A DNA stretch of 64,000 nt from Williopsis jadinii (Eukaryota). A model generated the notes under the pieces. It was given only the letters and a program-made list of their open reading frames with translations. It did not search any database and was not told where the DNA came from. Below are positions 1 to 10,783 of this stretch, piece after piece (position 1 is the first letter of the stretch; every line of letters starts with the position of its first letter). The DNA lies in the NCBI GenBank assembly GCA_024346625.1, contig AP024667.1:1054001-1118000 (forward strand), given 5' to 3'. Position numbers and translations under genes: made by a program.

Positions 1-479
1 ATTTCGCAGAGATGGTTAAGTCTGATGAGCACATGGATAAACTCAAGAATAAGTTGATCAAAGAAGCCACTGAAAAGAAGGCATCCCAGGAGGCCAGAAG
101 ACAGAGAGATTTGAAGAAGTATGGTAAGCAAGTCCAAAATGCTACGTTACAAGAACGTCAAAAGCAGAAACGTGAAACATTGGAGAAGATCAAGGGTCTC
201 AAACGTAAGAGACAGAACGATGAGATCCAGGGTGACGAATTCGACATTGCCATTGAAGAAGCCACTGCAGATGATAAAGAAAGGGAACAGAAGTATCAAA
301 ACAGAGGTAAGAGCTCAAAGAGAGCTGCAAAGGATAAGAAGTATGGGTTCGGTGGTATCAAAAGATTTAAGAGAAAGAATGATGCTACCTCAAGTGCTGA
401 CATGTCTGACTTCTCTCAGCGTAAGATGAAGGGGAAATCAGCTAAGCGTCCAGGTAAGAGTAGACGTAACAAGCATTGA
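1..479 (+). CDS. EBP2: rRNA-processing protein Ebp2, 3' part (5' truncated by the window)
   Basis: Frame open from the window edge (F-A-E-M-V-K-S-D-E-H-M). Motifs EMVKSDEHM, RRQRDLKKYGKQVQ, KDKKYGFGG and RPGKSRR match Ebp2. Confidence 0.93.
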   Translation, partial: FAEMVKSDEHMDKLKNKLIKEATEKKASQEARRQRDLKKYGKQVQNATLQERQKQKRETLEKIKGLKRKRQNDEIQGDEFDIAIEEATADDKEREQKYQNRGKSSKRAAKDKKYGFGGIKRFKRKNDATSSADMSDFSQRKMKGKSAKRPGKSRRNKH

Positions 480-567
480 GACATATATGGGTTTAATCTA
501 TAAACTGTATATCACAAAATAATAAAGCCGTGTATATTAGAGACCAAAATCACCGGAATATAGACCG

Positions 568-1446
568 TTATTCCTTGACGTACTTACTACCCTTTCTGTA
601 ATCAAAGTTGAAGCCGAACAAGTTCAAGATGTGGTTGATCAAGGCCTTTTGAGGTAGGAACGTTTGAAGCAACGACATTCTACCACTGTTTGTACCTTCA
701 TAAACTCTCAAAGTGTTCAGGTTGGCCTTCTCAACTTGATCCAACGTTCTCTTTGCAAATTCCTCTGGTGGCATACCCAAAGAAGCACTGTTCTTCAACA
801 GGACCTCTGCTTTCTTATCGAATGCCACTTTGTACTCTTCAAAGTTGTATATCGAATCCTGTGGAATTTGATAGTTCTCACCAGCATGGAAAATAGGTGT
901 TTTGATATAACCACCAATGACGTCGATCACTTTAACACCATAGTTACGCAATTCGCATTGCAAAGTCGAAGCGTATTGGTCCAACGCAGCCTTCGATGAC
1001 GTGTACAGACAGTTGGCATGTAGTGGGATACCTCTGGTCACAGAGCCCGAGAACACGATGGTGCCCTTTGTTGGGATGATCATCTTGACGAACTCTCTCA
1101 CCAGTCTCATCTGGGCAAAAAGGTTCAACTCAAAGAGGGACTGGATCTCCTCATCAGTGACATCTGTAGCCATCGCAACGACTGGACGACCAGCATTGCA
1201 GTACAACAAGTCCAGCTGACCGTCAGTATCGGCCTTGACAATCTCACGGATCTCAACAACAGCGTCCTGGGATGTGACATCCATGATGTACTTCTTCACT
1301 TTGTCATTGGCATCAAACAACTCAGTGGTTTCATCGCTGAAGACAATGTCAGTCGCATAGACAACGTAACCTCTCTTAACAAGCTCGAAGCTGAGGGCTC
1401 TTCCAATACCACCGTTAGCCCCGGTAACAAGCGCAGTCTTTGCCAT
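568..1446 (-). CDS. Short-chain dehydrogenase/reductase, Ayr1-like (acylglycerone-phosphate reductase family)
   Basis: Likely start is MAKTALVTGANGGIG (ATG 1446), not the upstream ORF-track start. Has TGxxxGxG, CNAG and YxxSK (YTSSK) motifs, and the GQLDLLYCNAG segment resembles Ayr1. Orthology is uncertain. Confidence 0.8.
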   Translation of the reverse strand: MAKTALVTGANGGIGRALSFELVKRGYVVYATDIVFSDETTELFDANDKVKKYIMDVTSQDAVVEIREIVKADTDGQLDLLYCNAGRPVVAMATDVTDEEIQSLFELNLFAQMRLVREFVKMIIPTKGTIVFSGSVTRGIPLHANCLYTSSKAALDQYASTLQCELRNYGVKVIDVIGGYIKTPIFHAGENYQIPQDSIYNFEEYKVAFDKKAEVLLKNSASLGMPPEEFAKRTLDQVEKANLNTLRVYEGTNSGRMSLLQTFLPQKALINHILNLFGFNFDYRKGSKYVKE

Positions 1447-1742
1447 CTTGTGTTTTAACCTACAGATTCTCAATGGAGAAGTGATAGAAGGGGAACAACA
1501 AGAGGAAGAGTAAGGGGTTTGGATGGTTTTATCTATAACTCCTTCGATGTTATATGTGTCCTCAAGGCCCCGGGGCATAACGGCGGAGAAATTAGCCGGC
1601 ATAAAGTTGCATGATTATGTAAGCACTCAGGTGTGTATAATTATAATTATCATAATAATTATAAGTATAATGAAAATAATCATTATTCTAGTACAATATA
1701 GCATTACGCTTATCCTTCAGACAAAGGAAGAGAGCGTTGAGC

Positions 1743-3326
1743 TCACGCCAATTTGGGTGCCTCCTCCGACATCCTCATCGCTGCAAGATCAATCCTCCTA
1801 TTCGCATCCGCATTCTGTGCCCTGTCCACTGCCCTCGTTGAAGGCGGAGCAACGTTTGGCGACCTCAGTGGTGAGCTAACGTACGCAGTGGAGGAGCCAC
1901 CAATGTTTTGGTTCAGCACCATGTTTGCATTTCTTGGGTTGTACTGTTGCTGCTGCTGCAGTGCTTGGTGAAGTTGAGATCTCTTTGGCTTGGAGCCCTT
2001 GACCCATAGTTTCAATAGCTTTGCCTGGATCTCGTCTGTGTTTAAGGCCTTTAGATTCTGCGAACAATCCTCTGGAGACTTCAAAGCCGTAGCAACGTTG
2101 GCCCTCTTTACTGCCTTCTTCAAAGGGTTTTCGAATCTGCGAACGTTCGTGAACTCTCTGGAAACCCGTTCGAATTCACGGCGAATCTGAGGATTCGACT
2201 GGTTTATCGAGTTGTTCATCTGGGAAACGTCCAGCAGAGAGTTTTCCCTTTGTAGCCAAAGCTTCTGCTGCGTTCTGGTCTCGATGTTTGATCCTGAACT
2301 TTTCAAGAACTGGTTAAAATTAGAAGGAGTGCCCAATGGTGTGTCTCTGTTAGCAGTCATGTTGTTATTCAGAGGGGTCATGCCAGCACCGGCTTTGAAG
2401 GAGAGCATGGACGATGAGGTTTCGTTCGAAGTGCCCAATTTCCCCACGGAGGCCGATATCGTGAACTGTCTCAATGAGTTGGTGGATTTGGAGATGTTGT
2501 CCAAGTTGGACCCACTTATATGATCGTTTGAGTGGATATACTGAAGGTGAGAGTTGGCCTTTGCAATATCATCTGGCAAGAAGGAATTCTGAAACGGTTT
2601 GTCACCAAAGGCACGGACAACACCTGTTGATTGTGAAAGAATCATATTTTGGTAATACAGCCCCAGGTCCTTGTCTGAAGATGACTTTGCATTCGCACCA
2701 TCACCATTGGCCGTCTTCTGGGTGCCGTTGGACTCCCCTGCTCTTTCATAATTTGGGCCATGCAATCGTATTGAAGGGTCCTGGCCTCCATTCTCTTTGT
2801 TGTCTTGTTCTGCTACTACTTGCTCCTCCTCGCCATTACCAGCCAGTACCGACTCCTTAGGTATACTCAAATGACTAAACTGAGGTGGCGCCTTGTAGCT
2901 TAAAACCTGCTGCGGTTCCGGCTCAGGCTCCGCAGGCTCTTCGTCGCTAAACTGGTCAACCTCCTCCTCCTCCAACTCCTCGTTCTTCTTGTCGCCATCG
3001 TCATCGTCCTCACCGTCCTCCCCGCCCTCATCGGATGAGTCCTGTTGATCATGGTGCAAGTCCAAGACAACCTTATTCACGTTCACATGCGATGAGTTCC
3101 TCGTCAGCGGATGCAGCTGTGCAAGCTTCGTGAAGCTTCGATTCCGCCTTGTCAGGTTGGACTCCGTACTCTTCGATCTGTTCAGCTTTGGCCGGGCATT
3201 GGCCATATCATCAACACTGGTTATACGTCCTAGCCGGTTCAAGTTCCTCCCATACGACGCCGACCTCGAATGCGAAGGCTTTGCCGAGAACTGCTTCGTC
3301 AGTTTCTTCTCCGGTTGCTTGGGCAT
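1743..3326 (-). CDS. TCO89: TORC1 subunit Tco89-like, largely disordered protein
   Basis: 527-aa low-complexity ORF with SYGRNLNRL near the N-terminus and the block ETRTQQKLWLQRE...REFERVSREFTNVRRFENP that I recognise from Tco89-family proteins. Confidence 0.7.
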   Translation of the reverse strand: MPKQPEKKLTKQFSAKPSHSRSASYGRNLNRLGRITSVDDMANARPKLNRSKSTESNLTRRNRSFTKLAQLHPLTRNSSHVNVNKVVLDLHHDQQDSSDEGGEDGEDDDDGDKKNEELEEEEVDQFSDEEPAEPEPEPQQVLSYKAPPQFSHLSIPKESVLAGNGEEEQVVAEQDNKENGGQDPSIRLHGPNYERAGESNGTQKTANGDGANAKSSSDKDLGLYYQNMILSQSTGVVRAFGDKPFQNSFLPDDIAKANSHLQYIHSNDHISGSNLDNISKSTNSLRQFTISASVGKLGTSNETSSSMLSFKAGAGMTPLNNNMTANRDTPLGTPSNFNQFLKSSGSNIETRTQQKLWLQRENSLLDVSQMNNSINQSNPQIRREFERVSREFTNVRRFENPLKKAVKRANVATALKSPEDCSQNLKALNTDEIQAKLLKLWVKGSKPKRSQLHQALQQQQQYNPRNANMVLNQNIGGSSTAYVSSPLRSPNVAPPSTRAVDRAQNADANRRIDLAAMRMSEEAPKLA

Positions 3327-3472
3327 TCTCCTCCGTTCACGTGCTATTCACTGGTGTCCTCAGCGGCTTGTTACAACGCTTTCCCCTTGCTCATTCACTA
3401 GTTGATGTGAACAGATGAGAGCCCAACTGTGCCTGAGGCGCGGGAATCCCCGTAGCACGTTATGACAGTATA

Positions 3473-3582
3473 TTACGTAAGCACTTACGTAATAGGAGCA
3501 CACACCCCTCATCGCTCCTGATTATGTAAGCGCTTATGTAATGCACAGGGCACGCCGCTCTATTACATAAGGTATTATGTAA
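3473..3582. promoter_or_regulatory. Cluster of six TTAYGTAA/TTACATAA bZIP-type sites in the divergent TCO89-VPS45 promoter
   Basis: Sites start at 3473, 3485, 3522, 3534, 3563 and 3575. Confidence 0.55.
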
Positions 3583-3738
3583 GCACGCCCTCCCACACCT
3601 GCCACTTCCCCCCTCCACCGAACACCGCCATCAACAAACAACCAACCCTTCTCATCCCTTCAACACGGCTTCGTGCCCATTAGTTGGATCCCTTAACCTG
3701 GAGAGTGTGGACCAGAGAGATCAACGTCATACTACGCA

Positions 3739-5553
3739 ATGGATCTACAGGCAGTGTCGGAATTCTACATCGATAAGATCGTTGAGGAGAAGCCGAAGGG
3801 GTTCTCAAGGGCGGAGACATCGGCAATGCCAGGATCAAAGATCAGGGTACTACTGCTGGACTCCTACACCACGAGTGTTGTGTCGTTGAATTGTACACAG
3901 TCTGAGCTGCTACAGCACGATATCTACTTGATTAATCGTATCGACAACGCGAACCGGGATAAGATGAGACACCTCAAGTGCATTTGCTACCTTAAGCCAT
4001 GCGATGAGTCTATCAACTGCCTGCTTGAGGAGTTGCGCAATCCCAAGTACTCGTCGTATGAGTTGTACTTCAACAATGCCCTGAGCAAGTCGCAGCTGGA
4101 GAGGCTGGCGGAGAGCGATGACCTGGAGGTTGTGACGAAAGTGGAGGAACTGTTCCAGGATTATCTCACTGTAGACAAGACCTTGTACTCCTTAGCACTC
4201 CAGGCACCGAAGAATAGGATCTATGGTGATTCCATGGGCACATGGCAAGGGTCGTCATTCAACACATGTACGCAGGGGTTGCTCTCACTGTTGTTGTCCT
4301 TGAAGTTGAAGCCGGTGATTAGGTACGAGGCCAACAGTAAGATGGGCTCAAAATTGGCGAAGGAGATCTTGTACAACGTTGAAAAGACCAACAGTTCGTT
4401 GTTTGACTTCAAGTTGAGGGATTCCCCGCCACTGCTGCTCATACTGGATCGAAAGAACGATCCAATCACACCACTGTTGACGCCCTGGACCTTCCAATCC
4501 ATGGTCCATGAACTCATAGGCATCGAAAACAACACTGTGGATCTGGCCAACGTCCCCGGGATCTCGCAAGACCTGAAGAAGATTGTACTCAGCTCAAGGC
4601 AGGACAAGTTCTACCAAGAGTCCATGTACCTCAACTTTGGAGATTTGAGTGATAAGATCAAAGACTACGTGTCTCAGTACAAATCCAAGACCAAGTCTTC
4701 CAAGGACATCAACTCCATAGAGGACATGAAGAAGTTCATCGAAGAGTTCCCAGAGTTCAAGAAGCTATCCGGCAACGTGTCCAAGCACATGACATTGGCT
4801 TCGGAATTGGATAGACGTATCAATAGAGGAAGACTCTGGGAGGTCAGCGAATTGGAGCAGAACATGTCATGCCATGATCAACATAACTCGGACCTCCAGG
4901 AATTGGAAACATTGCTGCTGAACAGACAAACAGATCCTCAAAAGCAAGTCAACCCCATCCCTGACGATACGAAAGTTCGTCTTGTCGCCATATACGCATT
5001 GCGTTATGAGTCGAACTCCAATAGCCAAATCACCCGTCTTAAGAACCTGCTCAAAGAGCAGGGAATCCCACTCTACAAGATTGCTATCATCGACACACTT
5101 CTACAGATGAGTGGCTCACGTTCACGTCTCGATGACGGCCAGTCCATCTTTGACAAGGCAACTTCGAACCTGATCACCGGGTTCAAGACCTCACACGCTA
5201 CTGATAACCTCTTCATGCAACACGTTCCAAGGCTGGAGAACGTGCTGAGCAGAGCTGCCAGGGGTAAATTGAACGAAAGTCTGTACCCAATATTGAACCC
5301 ATACGGTAGTTCTTTACCTATTTCGAACCAGGATAAGGCTCAAGACATTGTTGTGTTCTTTGTTGGTGGTGCCACCTATGAAGAGGCTCGAATCGTACAC
5401 TCGTTGAACGAGCTGAACAAGGGAATACGCATTGTGCTTGGAGGAACCACTATACACAACTCAAAGAGCTTTATGGATGATATCGAAGATGCTGGCGACA
5501 GATGGCCAAAGCCAACTGCAGAGCAAAGACTACATCAGAGGGTACAGTTGTAG
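3739..5553 (+). CDS. VPS45: Sec1/Munc18-family vacuolar protein sorting protein Vps45
   Basis: 604 aa with KIRVLLLD, TQSELL, RDKMRHLKC, LILDRKNDPITPLLTPWT, SGNVSKH and GGATYEEAR motifs. Confidence 0.95.
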   Translation: MDLQAVSEFYIDKIVEEKPKGFSRAETSAMPGSKIRVLLLDSYTTSVVSLNCTQSELLQHDIYLINRIDNANRDKMRHLKCICYLKPCDESINCLLEELRNPKYSSYELYFNNALSKSQLERLAESDDLEVVTKVEELFQDYLTVDKTLYSLALQAPKNRIYGDSMGTWQGSSFNTCTQGLLSLLLSLKLKPVIRYEANSKMGSKLAKEILYNVEKTNSSLFDFKLRDSPPLLLILDRKNDPITPLLTPWTFQSMVHELIGIENNTVDLANVPGISQDLKKIVLSSRQDKFYQESMYLNFGDLSDKIKDYVSQYKSKTKSSKDINSIEDMKKFIEEFPEFKKLSGNVSKHMTLASELDRRINRGRLWEVSELEQNMSCHDQHNSDLQELETLLLNRQTDPQKQVNPIPDDTKVRLVAIYALRYESNSNSQITRLKNLLKEQGIPLYKIAIIDTLLQMSGSRSRLDDGQSIFDKATSNLITGFKTSHATDNLFMQHVPRLENVLSRAARGKLNESLYPILNPYGSSLPISNQDKAQDIVVFFVGGATYEEARIVHSLNELNKGIRIVLGGTTIHNSKSFMDDIEDAGDRWPKPTAEQRLHQRVQL

Positions 5554-5586
5554 ACGACTTGAATACAGCATTAGTTTGATGATAAA

Positions 5587-6738
5587 TCATTGGTCGCCAA
5601 ATTTCCCAAACGTTTGTTCCCATAATAACAATTTTCTGGTGAGAGAGTCCATCAGTTCTAAGCTTCCATTGTAGTTCTCAAACATTTGATCCACTGTTAG
5701 CTTCATCTTTTCATCCTCAACAAACTTGGTGAGCTCATTTTGATCCTTCTGTTCCGTTGCAATGTCCACCTGAGTACGTCCGATGAACTCCAGTATCGCT
5801 GCAACACGTTTTCTCATCTCGTTCAAAGTGGCTCTCTGCTGTGGGATCCTTGGTCTTGTAGGTTTATTGAAATCAATGGTGGATGAAGACTTTGACGAGC
5901 CGGCTGATGAGGGAGTGCTTCTCTTGGTACGCTTGGCCTTCTTCTTCTGAGTTGACGAGGACGCAGTGGAATCGTTAGACTCTGAGTTCTCTGCAGACTC
6001 TCTTTTCAGCCTGCTGACACGGGACTCGCCTGTGGTTGGCTTGGATTCGGCTTCAGCACCTTGGCCATTGCCGTTACCCTTGCCAGCATCGCTGTGCTCA
6101 ACGTCAGATTGCTTGGACAACTCGCCTTCATCCCCGTCAACATCCTCGCTACTTCTTTTCCTTCTGGAGCTTCTTCTGGAGCCCCTCTCGTCTTCAGATT
6201 TGGTATCAGGCTGAGCATCCTTCTTGCTCTCCTCCAATGCCCGTTGAATCATCGCCTCATAACGCGCATCTTCTCTTGATAACCCACCACGCTCGCGTTT
6301 CTTCTTCTGCTGTAGCTCATCCTTCTCATCGTCCTGAGCACGTCTGCTCTTCCGTCTGCTTCCAGCAGACTCCTTCGAATCCTTCGGTTGCACCGGTAAA
6401 TACTTTGACATCTTGCCCTGTGGTGTCACAACGATCAAGTGCAGCTCCGGTTTGCACTGCTCACACCAATACTTCTCTGGAACTGTGTCGCTGATCGATA
6501 CACAGTACCCATGCTGCCATACAGAGCACTTCTCACACTGGATATACAGCCCATCGGCGTCTGGCGGGTCCAATTCACCGCAGATACAACGCGTCTCTGC
6601 CTCTTCCTCCTCATCGTACTCCTCTTCCTCTTGCGGCTCATCAGCTTGCTCAAATTCCTCCTCACCGTCGCCTACGTCCTCGAGCTTGTGATTACTCCGC
6701 GAGGAGTCCGAGCTTCTTGTGCTTCGCAGTGAGGGCAT
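5587..6738 (-). CDS. CTI6: PHD-finger Rpd3L histone deacetylase complex subunit Cti6
   Basis: PHD finger TRCICG...IQCEKCSVWQHGYC...YWCEQC, plus C-terminal TLNEMRKRVAAILEFI and MDSLTRKLLLWEQTFG. Confidence 0.88.
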   Translation of the reverse strand: MPSLRSTRSSDSSRSNHKLEDVGDGEEEFEQADEPQEEEEYDEEEEAETRCICGELDPPDADGLYIQCEKCSVWQHGYCVSISDTVPEKYWCEQCKPELHLIVVTPQGKMSKYLPVQPKDSKESAGSRRKSRRAQDDEKDELQQKKKRERGGLSREDARYEAMIQRALEESKKDAQPDTKSEDERGSRRSSRRKRSSEDVDGDEGELSKQSDVEHSDAGKGNGNGQGAEAESKPTTGESRVSRLKRESAENSESNDSTASSSTQKKKAKRTKRSTPSSAGSSKSSSTIDFNKPTRPRIPQQRATLNEMRKRVAAILEFIGRTQVDIATEQKDQNELTKFVEDEKMKLTVDQMFENYNGSLELMDSLTRKLLLWEQTFGKFGDQ

Positions 6739-7330
6739 CTCCTTTGTTCAATGTGATTGAAAGCTTTATTGGGGGATAAGATGAGGTAACAACGGCACCA
6801 TCCGTTAGGGAGGATCCAGATGTGTATAAACGGTTCTGAAAAGAAAAGAAAAACACGGAGAAACGCCCGAAACAGGAAATATGCTGTTTTGGGCTTGACT
6901 TCCCAAAGAGGAGACACCAGGTGTTTTGTCTGTGTATGCTTTGATAAGCACACCGAAGCCACACTTTTCAGCTTACGTAAGAGAAAACGTCAAAACGGCT
7001 GTGTTTTTTTTTTCTTCCTCTTTTTATTTCTTTTTGGAATTCCCAGCCTTTTGGCAGTTTTTCCGCTGTGAATTCCGACAGCTTTCTTCTGCAAGCGTAC
7101 GAGGACCTTTGTCTATCATTTACTCACTTCAAAAGCGACTGGATCTCCATTTCCCTCTATGATTGAACGCTTTGGGTTCCCAGCCACTCAGCTGGATCCC
7201 GGGAAGCTCCTATGCGTTGCCATAGAAAGGGAAGCGTACGCCATTCGCCGTAAGTGTCTCTTTACTTCTCCGGCATACTTGCAGCTGTTGATGCAATTTT
7301 TTAAGCCTCTACAGGCGGGAGGAACCACAA

Positions 7331-7339
7331 CCACAGTTT
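7331..7339 (-). promoter_or_regulatory. Met31/Met32-type site (AAACTGTGG) upstream of the SAM3-like permease
   Basis: CCACAGTTT on the + strand, about 590 bp upstream of the ATG. Fits membership of the sulfur regulon. Confidence 0.5.
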
Positions 7340-7925
7340 TGGCTAATGCTCTAGCCAATTGAGTAATAACAACGCAATAAACGAGGCCCTTCAGTGCCTT
7401 CCCTTGTATCCATTGTGCTTGCGTTGCCTGTGTTGCCAGCGTTGTCTGATGAATGAGCCAGAGGAACAGGATGTGTGTGTGAACCGTGAGCATGGGTTCT
7501 TTCCTTCCCTCCGCTGTGCTGCCGGCTGCTAGTCCATCTGACCTTCCCTTGCGCTCCATCGTGTCGTGCGAACTATCAGCTCAATGAGCCGATTGTGAGG
7601 AACACAAGGATCCTCATCTCGTCTGCTCTGTAGTGCCAGTCTTTGACTCCGTTTTCCCTTTCATTGCTTTTCTTTTCCTTCCCATTTCATTTCTTTTTTT
7701 GCCGGACATATTTGCTGTATGCAACTTAATTTCACCATGGACGGCATTTCACGTTTGGTGTGTCGCTGCTGTGAGATACGCAATGCTGCCTGGTATGCTG
7801 CCACCATCGTCTAGTTATATCAGTATATAAACCTACGCTGATCAATTTCTAGAGTGGAAAGAAAAAAATTTCCTCTATGTTATCTACCTTGTATATATAC
7901 AAAATATTCAAAACGACACTCCTAG

Positions 7926-9701
7926 ATGATGTCTGATCTTGAGAAGCTGCCAGCTGGTGTGACAGTGAAATCAACGTCAAATGAGGGCATCACTCAGTCG
8001 CAGATATCCATAGACTCCAGTGATGATGGCTCAAGAGGAGTTTTCAACAGAGTGAAGCATTCCTTCAAAAGAAGACAAGTGGTACTGCCCGCAGATGTTG
8101 ATCTGGACTCGTTGGATGAACAGACCAGACGGAATGTCATACTGGCTCATCAGCCTCTGAAGATTGCTCTGAAAACAAGACATCTACAGATGATTGCCAT
8201 AGGTGGTACACTGGGAACAGGGTTGTTCATAGGATTGGGCTACTCCCTGGCACAAGGTCCGGGTTCTTGTTTGATTGGGTTCTCACTGGTTGGATTGGGC
8301 ATTTACTGTGTGATTCAGGCAGGTGCAGAGATGCTAATTGCTTATCCCGTCAATGGTTCATTTGCGACCCACGTTACAAGATTTGTCGACCCAGCATTGG
8401 GCTTCACCATCGCTTCAAACTATGCCTTGGCGTGGCTGATATCCTTTCCTTCAGAGCTAATTGGTGTAAGTATGACGATATCGTACTGGAACACCTCAGT
8501 AGACCCTGCTGTGTGGATTGCAATCTCGTGGGTATTCATAGTTTCACTTAACCTATTCGGTGTGCGTGCTTACGGAGAATCTGAGTTCTGGCTATCAATC
8601 ATCAAAGTCATAGCCATCATCATCTTCATAATCATTGGTATTGTTCTAATCTGCGGTGGTGGTCCAAATTCTCAAGGCTACATCGGTGCACGTTACTGGC
8701 ATGATCCAGGCTCATTTGTGCATCCTGTGTTAAAATCAATATGTTCAACGTTGATCTCGGCAGGTTTCTCCTTTGGAGGCTCTGAGTTGGCCATTCTGAG
8801 TGCTGAAGCAGAGGCAAAGTCCATCTCTAGGGCTACAAAGCAAGTGTTTTGGAGAATTTCCCTGTTCTACATCACAACAATTGTGGTGATTTCATGTCTT
8901 GTTCCATATAACGACCCACGGTTGCTAGGTGGTGATACCTCTGAAGATATCACGGCATCACCATTTGTCATTGCTCTGTCAAACACGGGCGCAATGGGCA
9001 GTCGAATCTCACATTTCATGAACGCTGTTATCCTCGTTGCGGTTCTCTCTGTCTCAAACTCGTGTGTCTTTGCATCCAGTCGTGTTATTCAGGCGTTGGG
9101 AGCATCTGGTCAATTACCAAATATCTTTGCCTACATCGACAACGAAGGACGTCCTTTGGTTGGTATCCTCGTCTCCGCAACAATTGGACTCTTGGGCTTC
9201 TTGGTTGACTCCTCCAATCAATCAACGGTGTTCACCTGGCTGTTCTCATTGTGCTCTATCTCCTCGTTCTTTACTTGGAGCTCCATATGCGTTGCACATA
9301 TCCGTTTCAGGCTAGCACTGAAGAAGCAAGGACGTTCCACTGAAGAGTTGGGCTATAAGGCCACATTGGGTATCTACGGTTCAGTATTAGGTGTCATCGT
9401 GATGGCGTTGATTATCATTGGAGAGATTTGGATCTCCATCTTCCCAATTGGGTCTCCAGCCGATGTGGAGACGTTTTTCCAGAACTGTTTATCAATTCCA
9501 TTGATGATTGTGGTATTCTTATCGTACAGATTATGGGCTGGTAAGTTCTTCTCGGGACTGTACACCCCCTTGGACAAGATTGACCTGGACACTGGTAAGC
9601 GTTATCAAGACGTTGATCTGTTGATCCAGCAAAGGGCTGAGGACAAGGCGAGACTTCGTTCAAAGCCGTTGTACTACAGACTATACAGGTTCTTCTGCTG
9701 A
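7926..9701 (+). CDS. SAM3: YAT-family amino acid permease, S-adenosylmethionine/S-methylmethionine permease type (Sam3/Mmp1)
   Basis: RHLQMIAIGGTLGTGLFIGLGYSLA, NYALAWLISFPSELIG, ASPFVIALSNTG, QALGASGQLP and the C-terminal YRFFC match the Sam3/Mmp1 clade. Confidence 0.88.
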   Translation: MMSDLEKLPAGVTVKSTSNEGITQSQISIDSSDDGSRGVFNRVKHSFKRRQVVLPADVDLDSLDEQTRRNVILAHQPLKIALKTRHLQMIAIGGTLGTGLFIGLGYSLAQGPGSCLIGFSLVGLGIYCVIQAGAEMLIAYPVNGSFATHVTRFVDPALGFTIASNYALAWLISFPSELIGVSMTISYWNTSVDPAVWIAISWVFIVSLNLFGVRAYGESEFWLSIIKVIAIIIFIIIGIVLICGGGPNSQGYIGARYWHDPGSFVHPVLKSICSTLISAGFSFGGSELAILSAEAEAKSISRATKQVFWRISLFYITTIVVISCLVPYNDPRLLGGDTSEDITASPFVIALSNTGAMGSRISHFMNAVILVAVLSVSNSCVFASSRVIQALGASGQLPNIFAYIDNEGRPLVGILVSATIGLLGFLVDSSNQSTVFTWLFSLCSISSFFTWSSICVAHIRFRLALKKQGRSTEELGYKATLGIYGSVLGVIVMALIIIGEIWISIFPIGSPADVETFFQNCLSIPLMIVVFLSYRLWAGKFFSGLYTPLDKIDLDTGKRYQDVDLLIQQRAEDKARLRSKPLYYRLYRFFC

Positions 9702-9752
9702 GGTAGTTGTACGACTATATGTGTTTATTATTATTATGTAATGACGGATGGT

Positions 9753-10783
9753 TTATATTTGCTTTTTCTGCTTCTTCTCGGCTTTCAATCTCATTCTCTC
9801 TTCTCTCTCGGCCTTCGCATCTGGACCAGCCTCTGTGTCCAAGGAGAAGTCCCACCATCTGAATGACGAGGCATAGTTACCAATGAAGTAATGGTGGTGC
9901 AAGTCGTGGTGGTCGGCACCTGCCCAGAATGGCAAGAAATGGTGCAATGACCAAGGGAATTCGTAACCGGAATGGGCATCCACGGCTTGGAACAATCTGA
10001 GGGTGATCCATACGCAGACTGTGAAGAGGTGGAGGTCCTTTGTAACGCTTACCCAGACGATTGGAATACCGACGGTACCAAATCCAAGCGCCATGACTTC
10101 AACTGGGTGCGCGTATTCCGCAGTAAGTCCAAATGGTGCGGCGTAACGGTGGTGCTGCTTGTGGATGTACTTGTAGAAAGGTCCGTAGTGGAACAATCTG
10201 TGGAACGCATAGTGCCATGCATCCTCTAGTACAAAGAAGATGGCAATTTGCAAACCAATTGATTGCCATGTTGGGAATGGGACGGAGTAAGCAATTCCAA
10301 TCATGTTGCAGATTGGGTGGAAAAACCAGATTGGGAACGCCTCAACGAGGAAATGGGAGATCAACACGGACTTCAAACACTCCCACTGTTCCTGGTTTGT
10401 TGGGATCTTTGTAGGTTGGATCTTCCACTTTCTGAAATATGGGATACAATCAACAATGTACCATGGCAAACAACGGCCAAAGTACATCGCCTCGTGGAGA
10501 GTGAAGAACAGCAACCCAGTCGCCATGATGTCGTTGTTCATATACAGGTAATAAGCCGCCCACAGCTTCTCCATCCAGTTCAACTGGGAGTCACTGGAGA
10601 ATTGGGTCAGAGTCCCGGTGAAGGTGTCTAGCGCCGTGGCGTTGATGTTTGTGTTGAGCAAAACGGTACTGTTTGGTTTCAAGGTGTTGTTGTTAGCCGC
10701 CGTGGGGTCTAAGAGAACATAGCAACGTACCGCTCTCTTGCAAGAGAGCGGTAGAAAAGAGAGCAAAGGGATACTAACCTCAT
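9753..10783 (-). CDS. ERG25: C-4 methylsterol oxidase Erg25; spliced, exon1 10783-10779, intron 10778-10669, exon2 10668-9753 (306 aa)
   Basis: His boxes HYAFH, HKQHH, DAHSGY and HHDLHH. No in-frame ATG lies upstream of MEKLW without splicing. ATG-AG|GTTAGT...GCTAAC...AAACAG|T-ACC restores MSTVLLN. Confidence 0.93.
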
